Shown: positions 1 through 11,481 of the stretch, piece after piece
Position numbering within the stretch: position 1 is the stretch's first letter
Layout of the letters: every line of letters begins with the position of its first letter
From: Celeribacter sp.
Lineage (GTDB): Bacteria > Pseudomonadota > Alphaproteobacteria > Rhodobacterales > Rhodobacteraceae
Reading direction: 5' to 3'
DNA length: 64,000 nt
NCBI GenBank assembly: GCA_047630475.1
Contig: JBLHXX010000004.1
Span: forward strand, 11,374 to 75,373
Program-made: the position numbers and the translations under genes
Notes under the pieces: generated by a model
The model's database searches: none
Told to the model about the DNA's origin: nothing
Seen by the model: the letters and a program-made list of their open reading frames with translations, nothing else

Positions 1-330
1 GAGCATGACTGCGCCCGCGAACATAGACAGTTGTACAGAACCAAACAGGATCAGCGCCCCACCCCCTGAGGGCAAAGACAGATAAGCGATTGAAAAACCT
101 AACATATAAGCGGTCAGAGCCACGACTGATGAAAATCGTTTTGCAAGGTTCAAAGCCGGCATGGCCCCGCGAAAGCGCACAAGCACGAGCAACACAGTCG
201 CGCCCGACACCACGCGCAACGCAGCAAATGCAAAGGGATCAGACCCCGTGGTGAGCGCCACACGCGTGAGCACGGAATTGGCAGCAAATGCCGCCATGGC
301 CAAGGCCGTAAGCCAAAACAATTTCATCAT
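1..330 (-). CDS. DMT/EamA family transporter, N-terminal part (runs off window start)
   Basis: Manual translation of the minus strand from ATG 330: MMKLFWLTALAMAAFAANSVLTRVAL...FAALRVVSGA...YMLGFSIAYLSLPSGGGALILFGSVQLSM. Hydrophobic with an EamA-like pattern; not in the ORF track. Confidence 0.85.
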   Translation of the reverse strand, partial: MMKLFWLTALAMAAFAANSVLTRVALTTGSDPFAFAALRVVSGATVLLVLVRFRGAMPALNLAKRFSSVVALTAYMLGFSIAYLSLPSGGGALILFGSVQLSMFAGAVML

Positions 331-505
331 GGATCCGATGCAGCGAGGTTTGTTTCAACAGAGCATAGGCCTGCTTGAGCAACAGGTCTGGTACAAAATC
401 CCCTTGTCGCAAGAACGTGACCACCACCTGCACCAAACCGCGAAGACAGATCTGGCGCGGTTCAATAAGCTTGCATCACAGGGCAAGCACCCCCATGCTG
501 AAACC

Positions 506-970
506 ATGTCTCCATCAATACAATCCCCGCGTTTGGCTGCTCGCGCCATCATCATCCACAACGATCGTTTGCTGTTGGTGAATGCCTATCCAAAACATCA
601 TCTGGGGCTGTGGTGCGCACCGGGGGGTGGCGTTGAACGCGGCAGCTCCATTCCTGACAACCTGATCCGTGAAGTTTTTGAAGAAACAGGGCTGACCATC
701 ACAGTGGGAGAATTGGCGCTGATCAATGAATTTCACGACCCCAAAAGCGGGTTTCATCAAGTCGATTTGATTTTCCGCTGCACCTTGGTCAAAGGTCAAA
801 TTGATCCGGATTGGAAAGACATCGCAGGCGTCGTGAGCAAACGAAAATGGGCCAGCGCAGCCGAGATGACAAGATTGGTCGTCAAGCCAAGCACCTTGTC
901 AGACGTCGCCTTTGCCAAAGCAGGGGCGAATGCTGCACTTTATGATCCGCTCGAGGTGATACTCAATTAG
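506..970 (+). CDS. NUDIX hydrolase
   Basis: Nudix box GGGVERGSSIPDNLIREVFEETGL. Start moved to ATG 506 because the upstream ORF extension overlaps the DMT gene. Confidence 0.9.
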   Translation: MSPSIQSPRLAARAIIIHNDRLLLVNAYPKHHLGLWCAPGGGVERGSSIPDNLIREVFEETGLTITVGELALINEFHDPKSGFHQVDLIFRCTLVKGQIDPDWKDIAGVVSKRKWASAAEMTRLVVKPSTLSDVAFAKAGANAALYDPLEVILN

Positions 971-975
971 AGGTC

Positions 976-1482
976 TCAAGAGGAGGTATTTGAGACGCTA
1001 CTGAAGGGTACAAAAGCATCGGGGTACACCAACGCGTGCCGAGACAGCCCTGTGCCTGCTGCAATCGGGTAAAGAGATGTGAAATTTTGAGCGAACGGAA
1101 GCGTCAAGTTGCGCGCGGCAGGCTGTGAGAACCCCACTTGCGCGAAATAGTCTGGATCACCGACGACAACAACAGCAGCGGCATTTTCACGTCGCGCGTG
1201 GTTCATGCCGCGGTAAACCAACTCACGGCCAATCCCTTTGCGGCGGTAGTTTGATGACACAACCAACACAGACAACACCCACCAGTCAGCGGGGGCCACC
1301 ATCTTGGCGCAGCACAGGTAACCGACAATTTTTGGTCCCTCAAATGCCAAGCGCTCCATCGCGACCATATTGGTTTCACGCAACTTAAGAACCGTATGGT
1401 ACATCTGCGAGCTGCCGCATTCACTGTCCAAGAATATGGATAGAGCAAGGTCATCTGATTGAGTGAGGGGGCGCAGGTTCAT
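976..1482 (-). CDS. GNAT family N-acetyltransferase (YhbS-like)
   Basis: Motif A VSSNYRRKGIGRELV; VVVGDPDYFAQVGF. Confidence 0.85.
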   Translation of the reverse strand: MNLRPLTQSDDLALSIFLDSECGSSQMYHTVLKLRETNMVAMERLAFEGPKIVGYLCCAKMVAPADWWVLSVLVVSSNYRRKGIGRELVYRGMNHARRENAAAVVVVGDPDYFAQVGFSQPAARNLTLPFAQNFTSLYPIAAGTGLSRHALVYPDAFVPFSSVSNTSS

Positions 1483-1619
1483 ACTTTTTCCAAGACATTA
1501 GGTCGTTAAATGATCACGGCCTCAGGCCAAGATAACAAGTAAAAATTAACCATCAACAAAATTAGCAATTCATTGAGGGGTTTAGCGGTGAAAACCTAGG
1601 CAAATCCTCTATAAATGCG

Positions 1620-1650
1620 AAAACGGAGGATGCGATATGCACCCTCCGTC
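1620..1650 (-). terminator. Intrinsic terminator after groEL
   Basis: Stem ACGGAGG.TGC / GCA.CCTCCGT followed by a T-run on the minus strand. Confidence 0.65.
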
Positions 1651-1679
1651 TCAATCGTATCAGTCGGATGACCGGATGA

Positions 1680-3347
<1,668 letters not shown>

Positions 3348-3406
3348 TTAATAGGATAGATGAAAAATCTGAGTGCAGCGCCTTTCAGCGCGGCCAATGG
3401 GGTCTC

Positions 3407-3694
3407 TTAGGAGATCACGCCAAGGATGTCAGATTCTTTCATGATGAGCAGGTCTTCACCGTCAACAGTGATCTCTGTACCGGACCATTTGCCGAACAGA
3501 ACTTTGTCACCAGCCGCAACAGACGGTGCGATCAATTCGCCGCTGTCTTTACGCGCGCCTTCGCCAACAGAAACGATGATCGCCTCGGATGGTTTTTCTT
3601 TTGCGGAATCAGGAATGATCAATCCGCCAGCTGTTTTCTCATCGCTTTCAACGCGACGAACAACAACGCGGTCGTGGAGTGGTTTAAAGGCCAT
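3407..3694 (-). CDS. groES: Co-chaperonin GroES
   Basis: [14 protein letters not shown]...[13 protein letters not shown]; GGAG upstream of ATG 3694. Confidence 0.99.
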   Translation of the reverse strand: MAFKPLHDRVVVRRVESDEKTAGGLIIPDSAKEKPSEAIIVSVGEGARKDSGELIAPSVAAGDKVLFGKWSGTEITVDGEDLLIMKESDILGVIS

Positions 3695-3783
3695 CTTGCG
3701 CGGCTCCTTGCACAAAGTTTCAATTCTATTTTGCCCGAAAGCAAACTGCGGTCTTCGCCTATAGGGCAAAGGTAAATCCTTCG

Positions 3784-3810
3784 TTAGCACTCACAGCCTG
3801 CGAGTGACAA
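3784..3810. promoter_or_regulatory. CIRCE element (HrcA operator)
   Basis: TTAGCACTC-N9-GAGTGACAA, 2 mismatches to TTAGCACTC-N9-GAGTGCTAA, upstream of groES. Confidence 0.9.
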
Positions 3811-3816
3811 CGATGA

Positions 3817-3846
3817 ATAGTTAGGAAGGGATTGGGGGGCTGTCAA
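3817..3846 (-). promoter_or_regulatory. groESL promoter, RpoH-like
   Basis: Minus strand TTG-N18-CCTAACT immediately upstream of CIRCE, resembling alphaproteobacterial sigma32 promoters. Confidence 0.65.
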
Positions 3847-3910
3847 CCAAATGCTGAGAAATATTTGACGGAGACCAAACACAATATCAAACAGGCCAGC
3901 AAGAATGGCC

Positions 3911-4579
3911 TCAAACCTGTTCAGGATCCGCCCCTTGCGCAGTGATGCCATAGATACCCTTGGAAACACGCTCAAACCAACCATAGTGGTTTGAGGCCAT
4001 GATCTGACGCGCGCGCATGACACTTGTAGCCTTGGCCACCTCGCTGGCTTTGGCAGCACCGTTCTCATATATATAAGCACGGCATTTTTCGGCGTCTTGG
4101 CGGTATGACGTGTGACGCCCGCCTCCGGGAGTGCCGCCGACATTAGGATCGCCTTCCCGTGCCTCGAATTCCTTTTGCAGCATTTCTTTGCGTTTGGGGT
4201 TTTTACGCGGCCTAAAGGGTTTAGGCTCATTGTGAAGCTGCACGGTGCCCTCGATCAGATTGACCGACAACACGCCAACCCCAAGCCGTTTGCAAATCGA
4301 AATGTTACCCTTGAACGTCTTCCAGCCCGCTTTGCCTTTCCAGCGCGGCACAGCGACATAGACCTGATCGGTGATGGTTTGGCGCGCGATGGCTTGGTGT
4401 AAAAGAATCAGCGAAAAGCCCGTTTTCAACTCGATGAGGACAGGCGGCTCATCTTGTGGCGCGCCGATGCGCATCGCCATGACATCCGCATCTTTCACCT
4501 CGGCTTTCACATCATACCCCAGCGCCTCAAAATGCGCTTTTACGGGATGGTAGAGATCGGTTTCGAGAGTACGTGTCAT
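3911..4579 (-). CDS. DUF2161 family putative PD-(D/E)XK protein
   Basis: LETDLYHPVK...VKAEV...IELKTGFSL...REGDPNVGG...TSYRQDA...NHYGWFERVSKGIY. Confidence 0.85.
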   Translation of the reverse strand: MTRTLETDLYHPVKAHFEALGYDVKAEVKDADVMAMRIGAPQDEPPVLIELKTGFSLILLHQAIARQTITDQVYVAVPRWKGKAGWKTFKGNISICKRLGVGVLSVNLIEGTVQLHNEPKPFRPRKNPKRKEMLQKEFEAREGDPNVGGTPGGGRHTSYRQDAEKCRAYIYENGAAKASEVAKATSVMRARQIMASNHYGWFERVSKGIYGITAQGADPEQV

Positions 4580-4704
4580 CCAGATTTGTTACACCTATTT
4601 TACCATGTGACCAAGTGCCTTGGCGCTATGCATTACAAACAGGTGACAAGCTATGCTGCACTGCCTATAAGGGCGCAAAATCACTCTTTTGATGGATATA
4701 TCAT

Positions 4705-5625
4705 ATGACAACGCTCGTATTCGGCCACAAATCCCCTGACACCGACTCAACAGGCTCCCCCCTTATCTGGGCTTGGTACCTGTCTGAAATCAAAGGCACA
4801 CCTGCCAAGGCTGTTTTGCTCGGCGAGCCAAACACAGAAGCGGCGTTTGTGATTGAAAAATGGGGCTTTGATAAACCTGAGATCATCACAACAGTCGCGG
4901 CAGGCCAAGACGTTGTGATCGTCGACACCAACAACCCAGCAGAATTGCCAGACGCGATTAACGACGCAAACATCACTGCGATCATCGATCACCACAAATT
5001 GGTTGGCGGCTTGGAAACAAAAGGCCCGATCGACATCACGATCCGCCCGCTGGCCTGTACTGCGACGATCATGTTTGACCTGATGGGTGATGACGCGGCA
5101 AAAATGCCCGACAACATCAAAGGCGCTATGTTGTCTTGCATCTTGTCCGACACGCTTGAGTTCCGCTCACCGACCACGACAGATGTTGATAAAGCTTTGG
5201 CCACGAAATTGGCGTCAGAGTTGAACATCGACATGGCAGTTTATGCGGCTGAACTGTTTGAAGCCAAATCAGACGTGTCCGAGTTTTCTGACGCGGAACT
5301 GATCCGCATGGACTCAAAAGAGTTCACGGTCGATGGCACAGCGTTCCGCGTCTCTGTTTTGGAAACAACAGCACCGAAGATCGTTCTTGACCGCAAAGCC
5401 AGCCTTTTGACGTCTATGGTTGATGTCGCAAAAGAAGACGGCGTGGATCACGTGTTGTTGTTCGTTGTCGACATTTTGAATGAAGAAGCGACATTGTTCG
5501 TGCAAAACGACACCGTGAAATCTGTGGCCGAGAAATCATTCGGCGCGATAGTCACCGGCGATGCTGTTGTCTTGCCTGGTATCATGTCCCGCAAAAAACA
5601 GATCATCCCGAACCTTAAAGTCTAA
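4705..5625 (+). CDS. ppaC: Mn-dependent inorganic pyrophosphatase (family II)
   Basis: GHKSPDTDS, IIDHH (DHH motif), SRKKQIIP. Confidence 0.97.
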   Translation: MTTLVFGHKSPDTDSTGSPLIWAWYLSEIKGTPAKAVLLGEPNTEAAFVIEKWGFDKPEIITTVAAGQDVVIVDTNNPAELPDAINDANITAIIDHHKLVGGLETKGPIDITIRPLACTATIMFDLMGDDAAKMPDNIKGAMLSCILSDTLEFRSPTTTDVDKALATKLASELNIDMAVYAAELFEAKSDVSEFSDAELIRMDSKEFTVDGTAFRVSVLETTAPKIVLDRKASLLTSMVDVAKEDGVDHVLLFVVDILNEEATLFVQNDTVKSVAEKSFGAIVTGDAVVLPGIMSRKKQIIPNLKV

Positions 5626-5651
5626 GCGTTCCGAATAGTCGAAACTCTACC

Positions 5652-5679
5652 AAGGGCGCTCCGTTGGGGCGCCCTTTTT
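5652..5679 (+). terminator. Intrinsic terminator after ppaC
   Basis: AAGGGCGCTCC/GGGGCGCCCTT stem plus T-tract. Confidence 0.8.
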
Positions 5680-5755
5680 CACATCCCCCCGTCTCTTTCC
5701 TTTTACACAAACACCCTATACCAGTGCCGTAACACCGAAAACGCATGAGGCCATT

Positions 5756-6631
5756 ATGACCCGTTTGATCCAATCCCTGTCCGAGATTTCCACCAACTAC
5801 GACGCTTTGTTTGTCGATCTTTGGGGCTGTGTTCACAACGGGATCAAAGCGTTTCCCGAGGCGGTGAAAGCGCTGCAAGACTACCGCAAGGGCGGCGGCA
5901 TTGTGATTTTGGTGACAAATTCGCCGCGTCCGTGGCGCGCTGTGGCCGAACAGATGCTGGGCTTTGGCGTGCCCAAAGATGCCTATGATGCGATTGCCAC
6001 CTCAGGCGATTCTGCACGCACAGCGATGTATTTGGGCGCTGTTGGCCAACGCGTGTACCACATCGGCACACCGGATGAGATCGATGTGTTCTTTGCCCCC
6101 AGCGATATTCTAGACAACGCCGTCGAGATCACGACAGTGCCTTTGGAAGAGGCCGAAGGCATCGTCTGCACAGGTCCGCGTGATGCCATGGCGGATGTTG
6201 ATGTGCACCGTGCCGAGTTTTTATACGCCAAACAAAAGGGGATGAAGCTGCTCTGCGCCAACCCCGACATCGTTGTGGATCGCGGCGAGACGCGCGAATG
6301 GTGTGCGGGCGCTGTGGCGGCACTGTATTCTGAAATGGGGGGCGAAAGCCTCTATTTTGGCAAGCCACACCCACCGATTTATGATCTTGCCCGCCGCCAT
6401 CTCGCGCAACTGGCTGATATCGACGATACAAAAATCATGTGCATCGGCGATGGCATCGGCACCGATGTGATGGGCGGCATTGGCGAAGGCTTGGACGTTT
6501 TGTTCATCACGGGCGGTTTGGCTGCCCATGAATTTGGCGATGATCCTGCGCAGCCAGACCCTGAGCGATTGAAAACGTGGCTTGCAGATCAAAACCTTGC
6601 TCCAACGGCTGCGATTTCACTTCTGCGTTAA
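5756..6631 (+). CDS. HAD-IIA hydrolase (TIGR01459-type)
   Basis: FVDLWGCVHNG, ANPD, GKPH, IGDGIGTD. Confidence 0.9.
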   Translation: MTRLIQSLSEISTNYDALFVDLWGCVHNGIKAFPEAVKALQDYRKGGGIVILVTNSPRPWRAVAEQMLGFGVPKDAYDAIATSGDSARTAMYLGAVGQRVYHIGTPDEIDVFFAPSDILDNAVEITTVPLEEAEGIVCTGPRDAMADVDVHRAEFLYAKQKGMKLLCANPDIVVDRGETREWCAGAVAALYSEMGGESLYFGKPHPPIYDLARRHLAQLADIDDTKIMCIGDGIGTDVMGGIGEGLDVLFITGGLAAHEFGDDPAQPDPERLKTWLADQNLAPTAAISLLR

Positions 6632-6725
6632 GGTCGCCCTCTGTCCTCGCAACTTAAATTCCGCAATTGACTTTAAGTGGAAACAATCTTGCGCGCAGGA
6701 TTGTTTCACGATTAAACTTGTGTTA

Positions 6726-6740
6726 TGCTGCAACGCAACA
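6726..6740. promoter_or_regulatory. Possible PhaR-type operator
   Basis: TGCTGCAACGCAACA, a TGC-N3-GCA pattern about 20 bp upstream of a PhaJ-like gene; motif recalled, not scored. Confidence 0.35.
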
Positions 6741-6760
6741 TGACCAAGGAATCGCATCAT

Positions 6761-7204
6761 ATGCTCGACAATTTTCCCCGCGGGACGATCTGCATCGAAG
6801 ACATCGAAATCGGCATGACACGGTCCTTGCGTAAAGTGGTCACGGACCGTGACATCGAACTGTTTGCCGAAGTGTCCACAGATCGAAATCCGGTACACCT
6901 TGACGAGGCCTACGCCCAAGAGACAATTTTTGAGGGCAGAATTGCCCATGGCATGCTGACAGCAGGGCTGATTTCTGCCGTCATTGGCGAACAATTGCCA
7001 GGACACGGCACCGTTTACATGGGGCAAACGCTTAAGTTCCTTGCACCAGTGCGCCCCGGCGACATGGTTTTGGCCGAAGTGACCGTAACCGACATCATTC
7101 ACGCAAAACGCCGCGTTGCTCTTGAATGTAAGTGCACCGTAGGCGATACCGTTGTCCTAAAGGGCGACGCCATGGTGCTGGCGCCCAGTCGCAAATTTGA
7201 TTGA
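6761..7204 (+). CDS. MaoC family dehydratase ((R)-enoyl-CoA hydratase, PhaJ-like)
   Basis: FAEVSTDRNPVHLD...GRIAHGML...FLAPVRPGD. Confidence 0.9.
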   Translation: MLDNFPRGTICIEDIEIGMTRSLRKVVTDRDIELFAEVSTDRNPVHLDEAYAQETIFEGRIAHGMLTAGLISAVIGEQLPGHGTVYMGQTLKFLAPVRPGDMVLAEVTVTDIIHAKRRVALECKCTVGDTVVLKGDAMVLAPSRKFD

Positions 7205-7233
7205 CGCGCGGGGGCCCGCCCGCGAGGAGCCCC

Positions 7234-8160
7234 ATGAAAACGCACACACATTGGACAGACATCCCTGACTCAGCTCGTGGGGCAAGTGCCGCCATCGGTA
7301 ATTTTGATGGTGTCCACCTTGGCCATTGCGCCGTGATCGATATTGCGCGCGCCCATGGTCCCCTTGGCATTCTCACGTTTGAACCGCATCCCCGCGAATA
7401 TTTTGCCCCTCATAGCAAATCGTTTCGGTTGATGAATGCGGAATCCAAACAAAACCGTTTGGAAAAAAACGGCGTGGAACATCTGTTTCAGCTGCCATTT
7501 GATGCAGAGATGGCGGCGATGCCCCCCGAAGAGTTTGCCCGCAAAGTGATCAAGGACGGGCTGGGCCTGAGCCATGTTGTTGTCGGTGCCGATTTTTGCT
7601 TTGGCCAAGGCCGTGCCGGCACCGCCGCTGATTTGGTTCGTTTTGGCAACGAAATGGGCTTTGGCGTCACCATCGCGCCCCTGTTGAAAACCGAAAGCGG
7701 CATTTCATCGTCGTCGGCCATTCGCGAAGCTTTGGCAGATGGCCGCATGTCGCACGCCAAAGATATGCTGGGCCATTGGCACCGGATTGAGGGCGCTGTG
7801 AACCACGGTGACAAACGCGGGCGGGACCTTGGGTTTCCCACCGCCAACATGTCAATCGACGGGCTGCACGCACCGAAATTCGGCGTCTACGCTGTGCTCG
7901 TTGATGTGCTCACTGGCACACATAAAGGCAGTTATCATGGGGCAGCGTCTTTGGGCGTAAAGCCAACGTTTGGGGCCAATGTCCCCTGTTTGGAAAGTTT
8001 TATTTTTGACTTTGACGGGGATTTGTATGGAGAACATCTGTCGGTCGGCTTTGTCGAATTTTTGCGCGGCGAAGAAAAGTTTTCGAACCTTGATGATTTG
8101 ATCACCCAAATGCATGCCGATTGCGACAAAGCACGGCGCATTTTGGGATCACTTACATGA
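7234..8160 (+). CDS. ribF: Bifunctional riboflavin kinase/FAD synthetase
   Basis: IGNFDGVHLGH, GRDLGFPTAN; AGGAG before ATG 7234. Confidence 0.97.
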   Translation: MKTHTHWTDIPDSARGASAAIGNFDGVHLGHCAVIDIARAHGPLGILTFEPHPREYFAPHSKSFRLMNAESKQNRLEKNGVEHLFQLPFDAEMAAMPPEEFARKVIKDGLGLSHVVVGADFCFGQGRAGTAADLVRFGNEMGFGVTIAPLLKTESGISSSSAIREALADGRMSHAKDMLGHWHRIEGAVNHGDKRGRDLGFPTANMSIDGLHAPKFGVYAVLVDVLTGTHKGSYHGAASLGVKPTFGANVPCLESFIFDFDGDLYGEHLSVGFVEFLRGEEKFSNLDDLITQMHADCDKARRILGSLT

Positions 8161-8606
8161 CGCTGCGCCCACGGTTTTGGGAAGAGGTTCCTTTGACCAA
8201 AATGAACAGCGCCGAATGGGAAGCGCTGTGCGATGGCTGCGGTAAATGTTGTCTGAACAAAATCGAAGACGAGGATTCAGGCGACGTGTTTTTGACCCGC
8301 GTGGCCTGTCGTTTATTGGATGATCAATCCTGCCAGTGCGGCCAATATGAAACACGTAAAAGCATCGTGCCTGAATGCATCGTTTTAAAGCCGAGCACCT
8401 TGGAAAAACACATTTATTGGATGCCCGAAACCTGTGCCTATCGCTTGTTATACAAAGGCCACGCCCTACCAGAATGGCACCCGCTTTTGACAGGTGATCC
8501 GCAAAGTGTTCACGATGCGGGGGTGTCGGTTCAGGGCATGACGGTGTCGGAAGTCAACGTACACGACGACGATTGGGAACATCATATCATCGAGGAGCCT
8601 GTGTAA
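8157..8606 (+). CDS. YcgN family cysteine-cluster protein (UPF0260)
   Basis: EWEALCDGCGKCCL...VACRLLD...CAYR; ATGA overlap with ribF. Confidence 0.92.
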   Translation: MTLRPRFWEEVPLTKMNSAEWEALCDGCGKCCLNKIEDEDSGDVFLTRVACRLLDDQSCQCGQYETRKSIVPECIVLKPSTLEKHIYWMPETCAYRLLYKGHALPEWHPLLTGDPQSVHDAGVSVQGMTVSEVNVHDDDWEHHIIEEPV

Positions 8607-9643
8607 TGTTTTTTGCTTCTGACAACACCTCTGGCGTACATCCGAAAATCCTTGAGGCGCTGACACAAGCAAACCATGGCTTTGCGCCCGCTTATGGCGC
8701 AGATCGATACACGGGCGCGCTGCAAGAACGCTTGCGCGACATGTTTGATGCCCCTGACGCGCGGGTCTATCCTATGACCTCTGGTACGGGGGCCAATGCC
8801 GCACTTTTAGCGGCGATGACCCCGCCTTGGGGCGTGATTTATTGTCATGAGACAGCGCATATTGAAGTAGATGAACGGGGGGCTGCCACGTTCTATGCAG
8901 GCGGTGCGAAACTCAAAGCTCTGCCATCGAACGACAGCCGTATTGATCCGCAAAAGCTGCACACAAAGGTTGCAGCAGATCGTGACAACACAGATGTCCA
9001 CGGGATGCCGCCTGCAGCGGTGTCTTTGACCAACCTCACAGAATTCGGCGAATTGTACACGCCGGCACAGATCGCAGAACTGGCCAATCGATCCGGCCTG
9101 CCGCTGCATTTTGACGGCGCGCGTTTTGCCAATGCCATGGCCGCCAGCAAAGCAAGCCCTTGGGAAATGACCCGCGAGCTGAGCACGCTGTCTTTGGGGG
9201 CAACCAAAACCGGCGCGATGGCTGCTGAGGCTGCCGTCTTGTTTGACCCCGCGCTTGTGGACGCCTTTGAGAGCCAACGCATGCGCGGCGGGCACAACCT
9301 GTCGAAAGCACGGTTTGTATCGGCGCAAATATTGGCGTGGCTTGAGGATGATCTTTGGCTTGAATTGGCCAGTCACGCCAACGCCATGGCCGCACGTTTG
9401 GCGGCGGGCCTCATCGAACGTGGTGGCGCACTGAATTATAGCGTTGATGGAAATATGGTCTTTGCCACCCTGCCCCGCGCCATGCATGCACAGGCCAAGG
9501 CAAAGGGCGCGATCTATCACCTGTGGTGTGATGACACGGCCTTAATCGGGGACCCCGAGACGCCGCAAATGGCACGATTTGTGGCCAGCTGGTCCACAAC
9601 TGAGGCGCATGTGGACACGTTGCTGGCCGCATTTTCGGGCTAA
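8606..9643 (+). CDS. Low-specificity L-threonine aldolase family (PLP)
   Basis: MFFASDN, HFDGARFANA, LGATKTG (PLP lysine). Confidence 0.9.
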   Translation: MFFASDNTSGVHPKILEALTQANHGFAPAYGADRYTGALQERLRDMFDAPDARVYPMTSGTGANAALLAAMTPPWGVIYCHETAHIEVDERGAATFYAGGAKLKALPSNDSRIDPQKLHTKVAADRDNTDVHGMPPAAVSLTNLTEFGELYTPAQIAELANRSGLPLHFDGARFANAMAASKASPWEMTRELSTLSLGATKTGAMAAEAAVLFDPALVDAFESQRMRGGHNLSKARFVSAQILAWLEDDLWLELASHANAMAARLAAGLIERGGALNYSVDGNMVFATLPRAMHAQAKAKGAIYHLWCDDTALIGDPETPQMARFVASWSTTEAHVDTLLAAFSG

Positions 9644-9662
9644 ACGATTTTCGGGCTAAACG
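9631..9662 (+). repeat. Perfect 16-bp tandem duplication spanning the aldolase stop codon
   Basis: ATTTTCGGGCTAAACG at 9631-9646 and 9647-9662. Confidence 0.95.
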
Positions 9663-9674
9663 TATGGGACAAGA

Positions 9675-10277
9675 CTAGAGCTTGCCTGCCAAGTGCAATT
9701 CCAAATCCTCTAGGCTGTTTTGACCCCAAAACCGCTCATCCGTATCCGTGACAATGTAGAATGGTGACCCGAACACGCCCGCGACATGGGCATCTTCCAA
9801 ATTGCGAGCATAGGTTTCTGCCCCAGCAAGCATACCCGTCATCGACAACATCGGATCAAACCCGCCCGCTTTGAGAGCTTTGGTGACGATAGCATCATCA
9901 GCGATGTCTTGGTCCTCGGCCCACATGGCGTGGTTGAGGGAGGCGATCATGGCTGCGATATCCCCACCGCCGGCATTGGCCGCCGCAATAATCGCATAAG
10001 ACGCAGGCGCGGCATTGGTTGGCCAAAAGCGCGCATCAAGTTTAAGCGGCAATCCGGTTTTTTTGGACAAGCGTGTGAGTTCTTGGGCGCGGTAAACTTT
10101 ACGTCCCTCGGGTCTATCGGCTGGTTTTTGGGCGCCAAGGCGATCGAAAAGCGCGCCGATGTCATAGGGCTTATAATTGATCGTCGCACCATGTTTGGCC
10201 GCGATTTGTTCCAAACGGTCCCCTGCAAGGTAGGCAAAGCCTGAAAGCAGTGAAAAATAGTAGTCAATCTGAGCCAT
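9675..10277 (-). CDS. 2-hydroxychromene-2-carboxylate isomerase / kappa-GST (DsbA-like) family
   Basis: IDYYFSLLSGFAYL...GVFGSPFYIV...FWGQ. Confidence 0.88.
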   Translation of the reverse strand: MAQIDYYFSLLSGFAYLAGDRLEQIAAKHGATINYKPYDIGALFDRLGAQKPADRPEGRKVYRAQELTRLSKKTGLPLKLDARFWPTNAAPASYAIIAAANAGGGDIAAMIASLNHAMWAEDQDIADDAIVTKALKAGGFDPMLSMTGMLAGAETYARNLEDAHVAGVFGSPFYIVTDTDERFWGQNSLEDLELHLAGKL

Positions 10278-10387
10278 TTCGCATCTCTCCTGTTGAGCGC
10301 TGTTTTCAAGACCGTAGAGGGATGGTAAGCGGTGTCAACATCACGATTCCATGACATTTGGCCAAATAACTCATCGGGAATGCTGCA

Positions 10388-11404
10388 ATGCCTAACGCTT
10401 CTGAACCTAAACTGATCTCTGGTAACGCGAACAAACCACTCGCATCCTCTGTCGCACGGCGTTTGTCGATGCATCGCGGCATGAATGTACAGCTGTGTGA
10501 CGCCCGTGTAGAACGTTTCAACGATGGCGAAATTTTCGTCGAAGTGTATGAAAACGTACGCGGCGAGGACATGTTCATCATCCAGCCCACATCAAACCCT
10601 GCGAATGACAATTTGATGGAACTGTTGATCATGACCGATGCGCTGCGCCGCTCTTCTGCGGGTCGTATCACGGCTGTGATCCCTTACTTTGGCTATGCGC
10701 GCCAAGATCGTCGCACCAAAGCGCGCACACCGATTTCTGCCAAATTGGTTGCCAATATGATGGTCGAAGCGGGCATTGAGCGTATTTTGACCATGGATTT
10801 GCACGCGACCCAGATCCAAGGCTTTTTCGACATCCCAGTCGACAACCTCTACGCTTCGCCTGTTTTTGCGTTGGATATCAAACACCACTTCAAAGGCAAC
10901 ATGGACGACATCATGGTTGTGTCCCCCGATGTGGGCGGCGTGGCGCGCGCGCGCGAACTTGCCAAACGAATTGAGGCGCCTTTGTCCATCGTCGATAAGC
11001 GTCGCGAAAAAGCGGGCGAAATTGCAGAGATGACTGTGATTGGTGATGTCAAAGGTAAGAAATGTATCATCGTTGATGACATTTGTGACACGGCTGGCAC
11101 CCTGTGCAAAGCGGCGGAAAACCTGATGGATCACGGCGCGTCCGAAGTACACGCCTACATCACGCATGGCGTGCTGTCTGGCCCTGCCGTTGAGCGTGTG
11201 ACCAATTCCGTGATGAAGTCCTTGGTGATCACGGATTCGATCCAACCCACGGATGCCGTTAAAAATTGCCCGAACATTCGGATCGTGCCAACAGCGCCGC
11301 TCTTGGCCCAAGGCATCATCAACACATGGAATGGCACCTCTGTGTCGTCCCTGTTTGATAATGACACCTTGGTGCCTTTGTACGAAGGCCTATACCACCT
11401 GTAA
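10388..11404 (+). CDS. prs: Ribose-phosphate pyrophosphokinase
   Basis: [27 protein letters not shown]. Confidence 0.98.
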   Translation: MPNASEPKLISGNANKPLASSVARRLSMHRGMNVQLCDARVERFNDGEIFVEVYENVRGEDMFIIQPTSNPANDNLMELLIMTDALRRSSAGRITAVIPYFGYARQDRRTKARTPISAKLVANMMVEAGIERILTMDLHATQIQGFFDIPVDNLYASPVFALDIKHHFKGNMDDIMVVSPDVGGVARARELAKRIEAPLSIVDKRREKAGEIAEMTVIGDVKGKKCIIVDDICDTAGTLCKAAENLMDHGASEVHAYITHGVLSGPAVERVTNSVMKSLVITDSIQPTDAVKNCPNIRIVPTAPLLAQGIINTWNGTSVSSLFDNDTLVPLYEGLYHL

Positions 11405-11424
11405 CAAGTCGGCACATCACGTAT

Positions 11425-11460
11425 AAAAAGGCGCGTAGGGGAAACCTTGCGCGCCTTTTT
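11425..11460. terminator. Bidirectional terminator between prs and the lectin gene
   Basis: AAAAAGGCGCGTAGG...CCTTGCGCGCCTTTTT. Confidence 0.85.
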
Positions 11461-11481
11461 GTTCATCATTTCGGGTCAATA

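Noticed and set aside
161-505. N-terminal extension of the NUDIX ORF
   Set aside because: Overlaps the DMT gene on the opposite strand.
1546-1553. TTAACCAT and other TTAAC half-sites (near 19821, 32158, 33186) as CtrA boxes
   Set aside because: No full TTAA-N7-TTAA site; half-sites are too common to support a call.
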